Source: an uncultured Pelagibacteraceae bacterium (GTDB lineage Bacteria > Pseudomonadota > Alphaproteobacteria > Pelagibacterales > Pelagibacteraceae). From it: a stretch of DNA of 64,000 nt. The stretch spans positions 37,914-101,913 of the forward strand of contig CACJWS010000003.1 of NCBI GenBank assembly GCA_902596975.1, given 5' to 3'. Under the pieces are notes generated by a model. That model saw only the letters and a list, made by a program, of their open reading frames with translations, was not told the DNA's origin and did no database searches. Position numbers and translations under genes: made by a program. Below, piece by piece: positions 1 through 8,571 of this stretch. How positions within the stretch are numbered: position 1 is the first letter of the stretch; every line of letters begins with the position of its first letter.

Positions 1-1
1 T

Positions 2-991
2 GGTGAAGGCAGTCCTATTAAAAATTTAATTGCCGGTGCTTTTGGAATTCTAATTTCAACTGTTGGTAAAGATTTTATGACATCTATAGATAGGTTTACA
101 TTTGGAATTAATGAATTGACTGAAGGTATTGGTTTTATTCCAGTAGTAGTAGGTTTGTTTGCTATTAGTGAAATGTTAACTCAATCTACTTTAATTAATC
201 AAATATTTAATAGAGTAGCTTTAAAGGCAGTTAAACTTCCATCAATCGATGATTATAAAAAAACTTGGAAAACAATAATTAGATCTAGCGGCATAGGATC
301 ATTCATTGGTGTTTTACCAGCAGAGGGAGGAACTGTTGCATCATTAATAGGATATGCTGAAGCAAAAAGATGGTCAAAAAAACCTGAGAATTTTGGAAAA
401 GGATCAATTGAAGGAATAGCTGGAGCTGAAGCAGCAAATAATGCTGCTACTGGAGGTGCTATGGTTCCAACGCTAGCTTTAGGTATTCCTGGTAGTGCGA
501 CTACAGCAGTAATACTTACAGGATTAATTATACATGGTGTAAGACCGGGTCCAGATTTATTTAGAGAGCAACCTGAGTTTCTTTATGGAATATTTGGATC
601 AATGCTAATCGCAAATATTTTATTCTTTATATTAGGATTTTTTGGAGCTAAAATATTTGCAAGAATAACTCTAGTTCCGAATAAATTATTATGGCCGATG
701 ATTTTTGCAGTTTCTGTTTGCGGAACATATTCTTTAAATCAGTCAATTATTGATGTTTGGTTGATGCTATTATTTGGAGTTATTGGTTTCTTTATGAGAA
801 GATATGGATTTTCAGTTGTGCCTGTAATTATAGGTTTAATTTTGGGTGAATTGGTAGAGGGAACTTTAAGACAATCGCTTGTTATTTTCGATGGAAACTG
901 GTTAATGTTTCTTCAAAGACCTATTGCATTAACATTTTTTGTTTTATCTTTAATTGCTTTAAGTTTTCCATTAATAAAGAAAAAGAAATAA
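2..991 (+). CDS. tctA: TctA-family tripartite tricarboxylate transporter large permease, C-terminal part (5' end upstream of window)
   Basis: Frame is open from nt 2 (GEGSPIKNLIAGAFGILISTVGKDF precedes the first Met of ORF 77..991). Multi-TM protein with the TctA-type segment GIAGAEAANNAATGGAMVPTLALGIPGSATTAV. Confidence 0.8.
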   Translation, partial: GEGSPIKNLIAGAFGILISTVGKDFMTSIDRFTFGINELTEGIGFIPVVVGLFAISEMLTQSTLINQIFNRVALKAVKLPSIDDYKKTWKTIIRSSGIGSFIGVLPAEGGTVASLIGYAEAKRWSKKPENFGKGSIEGIAGAEAANNAATGGAMVPTLALGIPGSATTAVILTGLIIHGVRPGPDLFREQPEFLYGIFGSMLIANILFFILGFFGAKIFARITLVPNKLLWPMIFAVSVCGTYSLNQSIIDVWLMLLFGVIGFFMRRYGFSVVPVIIGLILGELVEGTLRQSLVIFDGNWLMFLQRPIALTFFVLSLIALSFPLIKKKK

Positions 992-992
992 A

Positions 993-1742
993 ATGATAAA
1001 GTTTGATCTAAGCAATAGAGTTGCAGTTATAACAGGTGGTGCTCAAGGTTTTGGATTCGCAATAGCGGAAAGATTCATTCAATCAGGTGCAAAAGTTATT
1101 ATATGGGATATTGATGAACAAGAAGCAAAGAAAGCCGTCGAAAAAATAAATTCAGAAAACATAAGTTATAAAATTGTAAATGTATGTAACTTTGAAGAGA
1201 TTTCTAAAAGCTTAAAAGATATTGAGACTGAACATAATAAAATAGATATCTTTGTAAACAATGCTGGGATAACTGGTATGAACAAAACAGTTGCAGAATA
1301 TCCTATAGAGGAATGGGAAAAAGTAATTCAATTAAATTTAAATGCAGTATTTTACTGTTGCAAAGCAGTTGTCCCTTATTTGGAAAAAAATAATTATGGA
1401 AGAATAGTTAATATTGCATCAATTGCTGGAAAAGAAGGCAATCCTAATGCTGGAGCTTATAGCACATCAAAAGCTGGAGTTATTGGCTTAACAAAATCTC
1501 TAGGAAAAGAATTAGCATTAAAAAATATAGCAGTAAATTGTGTAACTCCTGCGGCGGCGAAAACAAGGATCTTTGATCAAATGACCGAAGAGCATATAAA
1601 TTACATGCTTTCAAAAATTCCAAGAAATAAGTTTGCTAAAGTTAATGAATTGGCTTCTTTAGTTACTTATTTAGCAAGTGAAGAAAATTCTTTTGCTACT
1701 GCAGCTGTTTTTGACTTAAGCGGAGGAAGGGCAACTTATTAG
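993..1742 (+). CDS. Short-chain dehydrogenase/reductase (FabG-like; possible aldose or hydroxyacid dehydrogenase)
   Basis: TGGAQGFG Rossmann motif, NNAGI, catalytic YSTSK (Y-x3-K). Starts 1 nt after the tctA stop. Confidence 0.85.
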   Translation: MIKFDLSNRVAVITGGAQGFGFAIAERFIQSGAKVIIWDIDEQEAKKAVEKINSENISYKIVNVCNFEEISKSLKDIETEHNKIDIFVNNAGITGMNKTVAEYPIEEWEKVIQLNLNAVFYCCKAVVPYLEKNNYGRIVNIASIAGKEGNPNAGAYSTSKAGVIGLTKSLGKELALKNIAVNCVTPAAAKTRIFDQMTEEHINYMLSKIPRNKFAKVNELASLVTYLASEENSFATAAVFDLSGGRATY

Positions 1743-1744
1743 TT

Positions 1745-2638
1745 ATGCACATCGGAGTTGATTTAGGAGGAACTAAGACTGAATGTATTATATTAGATCA
1801 AAAAGGTAAGGAAATTGAACGATTACGAAAAGAAACTCCTAAAAATTATTATGGTACATTAGAAACAGTTTGTGAATTAGTAAATTTCTTTGAGAAAAAA
1901 TATAAAGTTGAATGTAGTGTAGGAATTGGAACTCCAGGAGCTTTATCAAAAGAAACAAATTGTATAAAGGGTGGAAATTCAACTTGGATAAATGATAGAC
2001 CACTTAAAAAAGATATTGAGTTAAGATTAAATAGAAGCATTTTTTTTGAGAATGATGCAAATTGTTTTGCTTTGTCAGAGTCTTATGATGGAGCGGGTAT
2101 AGAACACGAAATTGTTTTTGGCGTTATAATTGGAACAGGTGTGGGTGGTGGACTTGTAATTAATAATAAAATTATAAATGGTTTCAATAATATAACTGGA
2201 GAGTGGGGACATAATCAAATGACTATTGGTACAAATGACAAATGGAATAGACATGATTGTTATTGTGGTAAAAAGGGATGTATTGAAACATATCTCTCTG
2301 GACCTGGACTTGCAAAACATTATTATGATTTACATAAAAAGAATTTAGATGCTAAAACTATTCAAGAAAATGCTAATAATGGAGATGATGAAGCTTTAGA
2401 ATTTATAAATGAATATTTAGATTATTTAGCAAGAGGATTGGCCCAAGTCATAAATATAATAGATCCAGGGGCAATTATACTAGGAGGTGGAGTTTCAAAT
2501 ATGAAGCAAATTTATGGAAATATAAATTCTAAACTAAAAAAATATGTTTTTAGTGATACAGTCAATACACAAATACTAAAAAATAGATTTGGAGACTCAA
2601 GCGGTGTAAGAGGTGCCGCTAGCCTTGGAAGAAAGTAA
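1745..2638 (+). CDS. ROK-family sugar kinase (Mak/NagK-like fructo/manno/gluco-kinase)
   Basis: DLGGTK N-terminus, NDANCFALSE, GTGVGGG, GEWGHN and zinc motif CYCGKKGCIETYLSG. Confidence 0.85.
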   Translation: MHIGVDLGGTKTECIILDQKGKEIERLRKETPKNYYGTLETVCELVNFFEKKYKVECSVGIGTPGALSKETNCIKGGNSTWINDRPLKKDIELRLNRSIFFENDANCFALSESYDGAGIEHEIVFGVIIGTGVGGGLVINNKIINGFNNITGEWGHNQMTIGTNDKWNRHDCYCGKKGCIETYLSGPGLAKHYYDLHKKNLDAKTIQENANNGDDEALEFINEYLDYLARGLAQVINIIDPGAIILGGGVSNMKQIYGNINSKLKKYVFSDTVNTQILKNRFGDSSGVRGAASLGRK

Positions 2639-3399
2639 TGAACGTAAAATATTTTGATTTAAAAGACAAAAAAGTATTGGTCACAGGAGGAGGCTCAGGA
2701 ATTGGTGCAACTATTGTTGAATATTTTTGTGAACAAGAGGCTGAAGTAATATTTATTGATCTTAATGTTAAAGAGTCAAAAAAATTAATTCAAAAAATTA
2801 ATAATAAAAAATTAAGATTACCAAAATTTTATGAGTGCAACCTCATCAATATTAACAGACTTCAGAGTGTAATAAAAAAAATTATATCAAAACATGGAAT
2901 AATAGAAGTTTTAATAAATAATGCTGCAAATGATGATAGACATTCTACATTTAAAGTTGATAAAAAATACTGGGAAAATAGGATAAATGTGAATCTGAGA
3001 CATTATTTTTTTGCAATAAAATCTGTAATTAAAGGAATGATAAAAAATAAAAGTGGTTCAATAGTTAATTTAAGTTCAGTGTCTTGGATTTTGGGGGAAG
3101 GAGATAAAGTAGTTTATGAAACAGCAAAGTCTGCTGTTATTGGACTTAGCAGATCATTCGCTCAAGAATTTGGAAAATACAATATCAGATCAAATGTTGT
3201 GACTCCAGGCTCTATTGCGACTGAAAGACAAATAAAAAATTGGCTTACACCCCAATACAAAAAATTTATACTAAATCAACAAGCTCTAAAAAGACAATTA
3301 AAGCCAAACGATGTTGCAAATCTTGTGCTTTACTTATCTTCAGATGTTTCGTCAGGATGTACAAAACAAAACTTTATTGTTGATGCTGGTATAACGTAA
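2638..3399 (+). CDS. Short-chain dehydrogenase/reductase (candidate sugar 1-dehydrogenase)
   Basis: TGGGSGIG, NNAAN, YETAK (Y-x3-K). Start overlaps the upstream stop by 1 nt. Confidence 0.8.
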   Translation: MNVKYFDLKDKKVLVTGGGSGIGATIVEYFCEQEAEVIFIDLNVKESKKLIQKINNKKLRLPKFYECNLININRLQSVIKKIISKHGIIEVLINNAANDDRHSTFKVDKKYWENRINVNLRHYFFAIKSVIKGMIKNKSGSIVNLSSVSWILGEGDKVVYETAKSAVIGLSRSFAQEFGKYNIRSNVVTPGSIATERQIKNWLTPQYKKFILNQQALKRQLKPNDVANLVLYLSSDVSSGCTKQNFIVDAGIT

Positions 3400-3411
3400 T
3401 ATTCTTATTCC

Positions 3412-5187
3412 GTGAAAAAAATTAAACTTAGAAGCAAAGAATGGTTTGATAATCCTAAAGACCCAGGCCTTACAGCGATTTATTTAGAGAGATATTTAAA
3501 TTACGGATTAAAAAGAAAAGATTTACAGTCAGGTAAGCCAATAATTGGCATAGCTCAATCCGGAAGTGATCTTTCTCCATGCAACAGACATATTTTAGAT
3601 TTAAGTAAAAATATTAAAAAAGGAATTGTGAACGCTGGAGGGGTACCTATGGAATTTCCAACTCATCCAATTCAAGAAACTGGAAAAAGACCAACAGCTG
3701 CTTTAGATAGAAATCTAAGTTATTTATCTTTAGTTGAAGTATTGTATGGTTATCCCTTAGATGGAGTAGTTTTAACAACTGGTTGCGATAAAACTACACC
3801 TGCAGCATTAATGGCTGCAGCAACTGTAAATATTCCATCAATTATTCTCTCTGGTGGACCTATGTTAGATGGTCATTATAAAGGACAAAAAGCTGGATCA
3901 GGAACAATAATTTGGGAGGCAAGAAAAATGTATTCGAAAGGCGAAATTAATTACGATCAGTTTATGGATATGGCTACCGCATCTTCACCAAGTGTCGGAC
4001 ATTGTAATACTATGGGAACCGCATCTACAATGAATTCGATTGCAGAAGCATTAGGTATGTCGCTACCTGGTTGTGCAATTATACCTGCACCTTACCCAGA
4101 AAGAAAAAAAATTTCTTATAAAACTGGTCAAAGAATTGTAAATATGGTCAGAGAAAATTTAACTCCATCAAAAATAATGACAAAAAAAGCATTTGAAAAT
4201 GCAGTTGTAGTTGCTAGCGCGATTGGAGGATCAAGTAATGCAACTACTCATTTGTTAGCTATTGCTAAGCATATGGGCATAAAATTCGATTTATCAAATT
4301 GGCAAAAATTAGGACACAAAATACCTCTTCTTGTTGATTGCCAACCTGCAGGAAAATATTTAATGGAAGGGTTTTATAAAGCAGGGGGTATACCAGCAGT
4401 AATGAAAGAGTTAATAAAAAACAAAAAACTAAATACAAAAGTAAAAACAGTTACTGGAAAAAATTTGGGTCAAAATTTAAAAAGAAAGATTAAAGTTAAT
4501 TCAAAAGTTATCAAAACTTTTAAAAAAAATCTGTCCAAGAATGCTGGTTTTTTAGTTCTTAGAGGAAATTTCTTTAATTCTGCAATTATGAAGACATCTG
4601 TAATAAGCGATGAATTTAAAAAAAGATACTTATCTGACCCAGATAGACCGAATTCATTTATATGTAAAGCAGCAGTATTCGAAGGACCTGAGGACTATCA
4701 CAAAAGAATTAATAGTAAAAAATTAAATATAGATGAAAAATCAATTTTAATTATTAGGGGATGTGGACCTATAGGATATCCAGGTTCCGCAGAGGTTGTT
4801 AATATGCAACCACCAGATGCTTTGCTTAAAAAAGGTATAAATGCATTACCTACACTTGGTGACGGTAGACAAAGTGGTACTTCAGAAAGCCCATCAATAC
4901 TTCATGTTTCACCAGAATCAGCTGCGGGTGGAGACCTAGGTATAATTAAAACAGGAGACAAAATAAAAATTGATTTAAATAAAAAAAGAGTTGATCTTTT
5001 AATATCACCTAAAGAATTTAAAAAAAGAAGATCTAAAAATAAAATCAAAATAATTAATAATCAAACTCCATGGCAAGAACTGTCTAGATTAACAGTGGGT
5101 CAATTAGAGGATGGGGCATGTATTAAAACTAGATCAGTTTATAATAGAATTGTTGAAAAAAAAGGAATTCCAAGACATTCACATTAA
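3412..5187 (+). CDS. IlvD/Edd-family sugar-acid dehydratase (arabonate/xylonate/gluconate type)
   Basis: 591 aa. Cluster-binding motifs SPCNRH, TTGCDKTTPAALMAAA and GHCNTMGTAST; C-terminal GDGRQSGTS. GTG start. Confidence 0.85.
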   Translation: MKKIKLRSKEWFDNPKDPGLTAIYLERYLNYGLKRKDLQSGKPIIGIAQSGSDLSPCNRHILDLSKNIKKGIVNAGGVPMEFPTHPIQETGKRPTAALDRNLSYLSLVEVLYGYPLDGVVLTTGCDKTTPAALMAAATVNIPSIILSGGPMLDGHYKGQKAGSGTIIWEARKMYSKGEINYDQFMDMATASSPSVGHCNTMGTASTMNSIAEALGMSLPGCAIIPAPYPERKKISYKTGQRIVNMVRENLTPSKIMTKKAFENAVVVASAIGGSSNATTHLLAIAKHMGIKFDLSNWQKLGHKIPLLVDCQPAGKYLMEGFYKAGGIPAVMKELIKNKKLNTKVKTVTGKNLGQNLKRKIKVNSKVIKTFKKNLSKNAGFLVLRGNFFNSAIMKTSVISDEFKKRYLSDPDRPNSFICKAAVFEGPEDYHKRINSKKLNIDEKSILIIRGCGPIGYPGSAEVVNMQPPDALLKKGINALPTLGDGRQSGTSESPSILHVSPESAAGGDLGIIKTGDKIKIDLNKKRVDLLISPKEFKKRRSKNKIKIINNQTPWQELSRLTVGQLEDGACIKTRSVYNRIVEKKGIPRHSH

Positions 5188-5189
5188 AT

Positions 5190-6065
5190 ATGGTAAACGT
5201 ATCAATAATAGGAACTGGTTTAATGGGTTACCCAATGGCACAAAATATCCTTAAGGCAGGTTTTAATCTTACTGCATTTAATAGAACAAATAAAAAAGCA
5301 CAAGGTTTATCAAAAAATGGAGCTGAGGTAGTAAATTCAATTAAGGAAGCAGTTCAAAAATCTAAAATTATAATAACTATGCTCTCAGACGATGATGCAG
5401 TTTTATCAGTAATTAGCAATAAAGATTTTTTGGAAAATATAAAAAAAAATTCAATTGTTATAGATATGAGTTCTACAAAACCAATTACATCAAAAAAGAT
5501 TAATGAAATTTTAAAAAAAAAAGAAATATATTTTTTAGATGCACCTGTTTCTGGTGGAACGTCGGGAGCCAAAAATGGTAATTTAGCTATAATGGTTGGA
5601 GGAGAAAAAGAAGTTTTTAATAAAGCACTAAATCTATTAAATACAATGGGCAATCCAACATTAGTAGGACCTATAGGATGTGGTCAAATAGCAAAATTAG
5701 CTAATCAAATAATTGTGGGTGTTACCATTGGAGCTGTAGCAGAAGCTATACATCTTTGCAAAAAGGCTGGAGCAGATCCAAATAAATTTATTAAAGCTGT
5801 TGAGGGCGGGTTTGCCGATAGTAAAATACTTAAAAATCATGGAAAAAAAATGATAGAGTATAATTTTGAACCAGGTGGTAAAACATCTACACATTTAAAG
5901 GATATGAATAATATTTTAGAAAGTGCAGAAAACTTCAATTTCAAACTACCAATTTCTAAATTAATTAAAGAAATGTATCAAGATTTAGTTGACAACAATC
6001 ATTCTGAAAAAGATCACAGTTCATTGTACATACAAATTGAGGAGTTAAACAGAAATGGCAAATAG
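5190..6065 (+). CDS. Beta-hydroxyacid dehydrogenase (3-hydroxyisobutyrate / tartronate-semialdehyde reductase family)
   Basis: N-terminal IIGTGLMGYPMA dinucleotide fold, DAPVSGGTSGA, GQIAKLANQ. Confidence 0.8.
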   Translation: MVNVSIIGTGLMGYPMAQNILKAGFNLTAFNRTNKKAQGLSKNGAEVVNSIKEAVQKSKIIITMLSDDDAVLSVISNKDFLENIKKNSIVIDMSSTKPITSKKINEILKKKEIYFLDAPVSGGTSGAKNGNLAIMVGGEKEVFNKALNLLNTMGNPTLVGPIGCGQIAKLANQIIVGVTIGAVAEAIHLCKKAGADPNKFIKAVEGGFADSKILKNHGKKMIEYNFEPGGKTSTHLKDMNNILESAENFNFKLPISKLIKEMYQDLVDNNHSEKDHSSLYIQIEELNRNGK

Positions 6066-6798
6066 ATTGAAAGATAAAATTGCAATAGTGACAGCTGCCG
6101 GTCAAGGAATAGGCAAAGCTACAGCTATTGCATTTAGTAATGAGGGGGCCAAGGTAATTGCAACGGATATAAATGACAAAACTTTAAATGAATTGAAAAA
6201 AGAGTTTCCAAAAATTGAAGTTCAGAAACTTGACTCAACAGATAATGATTCAATAAAAAAATTTATTAATAAATTTGATAAGATAGATATTCTATTTAAT
6301 GCAGTAGGATTTGTTCATCATGGAACAATTTTAGAATGTGATGAAAATGACTGGGACTTTTCATTTAATGTTAATATCAAATCAATGTATTTTATGTGTA
6401 AATCGGCACTACCAATTATGTTAAAAAATAATTCAGGCAGTATAATTAATATTTCATCTGTAGTTTCTAGCATTAAAGGTTTACCAAATAGATTTGTATA
6501 TGGAGCTACAAAAGCCTCTATTATAGGGCTTACTAAATCTATTGCTTCTGATTTTGTTAAAAACAATATAAGATGTAATGCAATTGCACCTGGAACGGTA
6601 TTTACTCCATCATGGGAAGATAGAGTAAGGCAAAGCAAAGACCCTGTAAAAGCAAAAAAAGACTTTATTGCAAGACAACCAATGGGGCGGTTAGGCACTG
6701 CACAAGAAATCGCTGATTTTGCGATATATCTTGGAAGTGATGAATCAACATTTACTACTGGAAATGTTTTTTCTGTAGATGGAGGAATGACAATTTAA
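6055..6798 (+). CDS. Short-chain dehydrogenase/reductase, BDH2/DHRS6-like (candidate 2-keto-3-deoxy-sugar-acid 4-dehydrogenase)
   Basis: TAAGQGIGKA, YGATK (Y-x3-K). Overlaps the upstream gene by 11 nt. The N-terminus resembles the KDF-dehydrogenase/BDH2 group by eye. Confidence 0.7.
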   Translation: MANRLKDKIAIVTAAGQGIGKATAIAFSNEGAKVIATDINDKTLNELKKEFPKIEVQKLDSTDNDSIKKFINKFDKIDILFNAVGFVHHGTILECDENDWDFSFNVNIKSMYFMCKSALPIMLKNNSGSIINISSVVSSIKGLPNRFVYGATKASIIGLTKSIASDFVKNNIRCNAIAPGTVFTPSWEDRVRQSKDPVKAKKDFIARQPMGRLGTAQEIADFAIYLGSDESTFTTGNVFSVDGGMTI

Positions 6799-6815
6799 TA
6801 ATTAAAGGAGATAAA

Positions 6816-7658
6816 ATGAAATTACTAAGAATTGGATCTAATGGAAATGAAAAACCAGCAGCTTTAGACAAAAATGGAAAAATAAGAGATATAAGTTCTA
6901 TTGTGTCTGACTTAGATCCTCGCACATTAAATTTTAAAAACATATCTAGGTTGCAAGAAACTAATTTGTCTGATTTACCCGAAATTTCTTCAAATGAAAG
7001 AATAGGTTCTTGTGTTGCTAATCCAGGAAAATTTATTGCAATTGGACTTAATTATTCAGATCATGCTGCTGAAACTGGAGCAGAACCACCAACTGAACCA
7101 ATAGTATTTATGAAAGCAACTAGTTGTATTTCTGGACCAAATGATAATATTGAACTTGTTGGTGGATCAAAAAAATTAGATTGGGAAGTGGAGTTGGGAA
7201 TTGTAATAGGAAAAGAAGCAAAGCATATTAAAGAAAATCAGTCTCAAGATTATATTTTAGGGTACTGCTTAGTAAATGACCTGAGTGAAAGAGAGTGGCA
7301 AATAGAAAAAATGGGACAATGGGTTAAGGGAAAATCTCATGATACCTACGGACCTATTGGACCATATCTAGTTACAAAAGATGAAATATCAGATGTAAAT
7401 AACCTTAATATGAGCTTAGATTTAAATGGTATTAGAATGCAAACAGGAAATACAAATACTATGATTTTTAATGTTGATAAAATTGTTTCTTATGTAAGTA
7501 AATTTATGTCTCTTCAGCCAGGAGATATTATAACTACCGGAACACCGCCAGGTGTAGGAATGGGAATGAAGCCACAACAATTTTTAAAAGCTGGAGATGT
7601 ACTTAAATTAAATATAGATAACTTAGGTGAGCAAAATTCAAAAGTGATACAAATATAA
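6816..7658 (+). CDS. Fumarylacetoacetate hydrolase (FAH) family hydrolase (candidate 2,4-diketo-3-deoxy-sugar-acid hydrolase)
   Basis: GLNYSDHAAE, DWEVELGIVIGK, GDIITTGTPPGVG. AGGAG-type RBS upstream. Confidence 0.85.
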   Translation: MKLLRIGSNGNEKPAALDKNGKIRDISSIVSDLDPRTLNFKNISRLQETNLSDLPEISSNERIGSCVANPGKFIAIGLNYSDHAAETGAEPPTEPIVFMKATSCISGPNDNIELVGGSKKLDWEVELGIVIGKEAKHIKENQSQDYILGYCLVNDLSEREWQIEKMGQWVKGKSHDTYGPIGPYLVTKDEISDVNNLNMSLDLNGIRMQTGNTNTMIFNVDKIVSYVSKFMSLQPGDIITTGTPPGVGMGMKPQQFLKAGDVLKLNIDNLGEQNSKVIQI

Positions 7659-7680
7659 ATTTAAAATTTTATATTTATTA

Positions 7681-8571
7681 ATGCATAAAATTAAAACCTC
7701 GCAACCAGAAGTTTTATGGAATTCAAAATGCATTTTAGGCGAAGGAGTAACTTGGGTTAAAGAACATAATTCACTTTATTATGTCGATATAAAAAAAAAA
7801 AAGATATTCAAGCTTAATTACAAAAACAAAAATAAAAAAATTTACAAGATCGAAAAAGAAATTGGATTTTTAGCGCATGTTTCAAAAAATACTTTTGTAT
7901 TAGGTTTGCAAGGGGAAATTAGAATAGTTGATTTAAAAAAAAAAAATAAAAAAATTTCAATTAAAATAGAGAAAAAATTTAAAAATAATAGAATAAATGA
8001 CGGGAAAACAGACCATCAAGGAAGATTATGGTTTGGAACTATGGATAACTTAGAGAGAAAAATTCACAATGGATCTCTCTATTGTCTAGATAGTAATTTA
8101 AATTTAAATCAAGTAGATAAAAATTACATGATAACAAATGGACCAGCATTTATAAATAAAAGATGTTTTTACCATACTGATAGTAAGAAAAAAATAGTTT
8201 ATAAAATTTATATAGATAAAAACTTAAAAGTTATAAGTAAAAAAATATTTATTAAATTTCGTAAAAATGAGGGATCTCCTGATGGAATGACATTAGATAA
8301 TTACCAAAACTTATGGATTTGTCACTACAATGGATCTTGTATTTCAGTCTATAATAAGAAAGGTAATAAGTTACATAGTGTTAATATGCCTACAAAAAAT
8401 ATAACAAATTGTACATTTGGAGGTTACAGAAATTCAGAGTTATTTGTCACTACTGCAATAAAGGGTATGAGCAAAAAAGAGTTAAAGCTCTTTCCTCTTT
8501 CGGGAAATCTTTTTAAAATTAAAACAAATGTATTTGGAATGATTAATAAAAAATTTAAAATTAACTTATGA
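7681..8571 (+). CDS. SMP-30/gluconolactonase/LRE-family lactonase
   Basis: ILGEGVTW, NDGKTDHQGRLWFGTM, NGPAF, SPDGMTLD, LFVTTA. Unusually Lys-rich, with two A12 tracts. Confidence 0.75.
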   Translation: MHKIKTSQPEVLWNSKCILGEGVTWVKEHNSLYYVDIKKKKIFKLNYKNKNKKIYKIEKEIGFLAHVSKNTFVLGLQGEIRIVDLKKKNKKISIKIEKKFKNNRINDGKTDHQGRLWFGTMDNLERKIHNGSLYCLDSNLNLNQVDKNYMITNGPAFINKRCFYHTDSKKKIVYKIYIDKNLKVISKKIFIKFRKNEGSPDGMTLDNYQNLWICHYNGSCISVYNKKGNKLHSVNMPTKNITNCTFGGYRNSELFVTTAIKGMSKKELKLFPLSGNLFKIKTNVFGMINKKFKINL

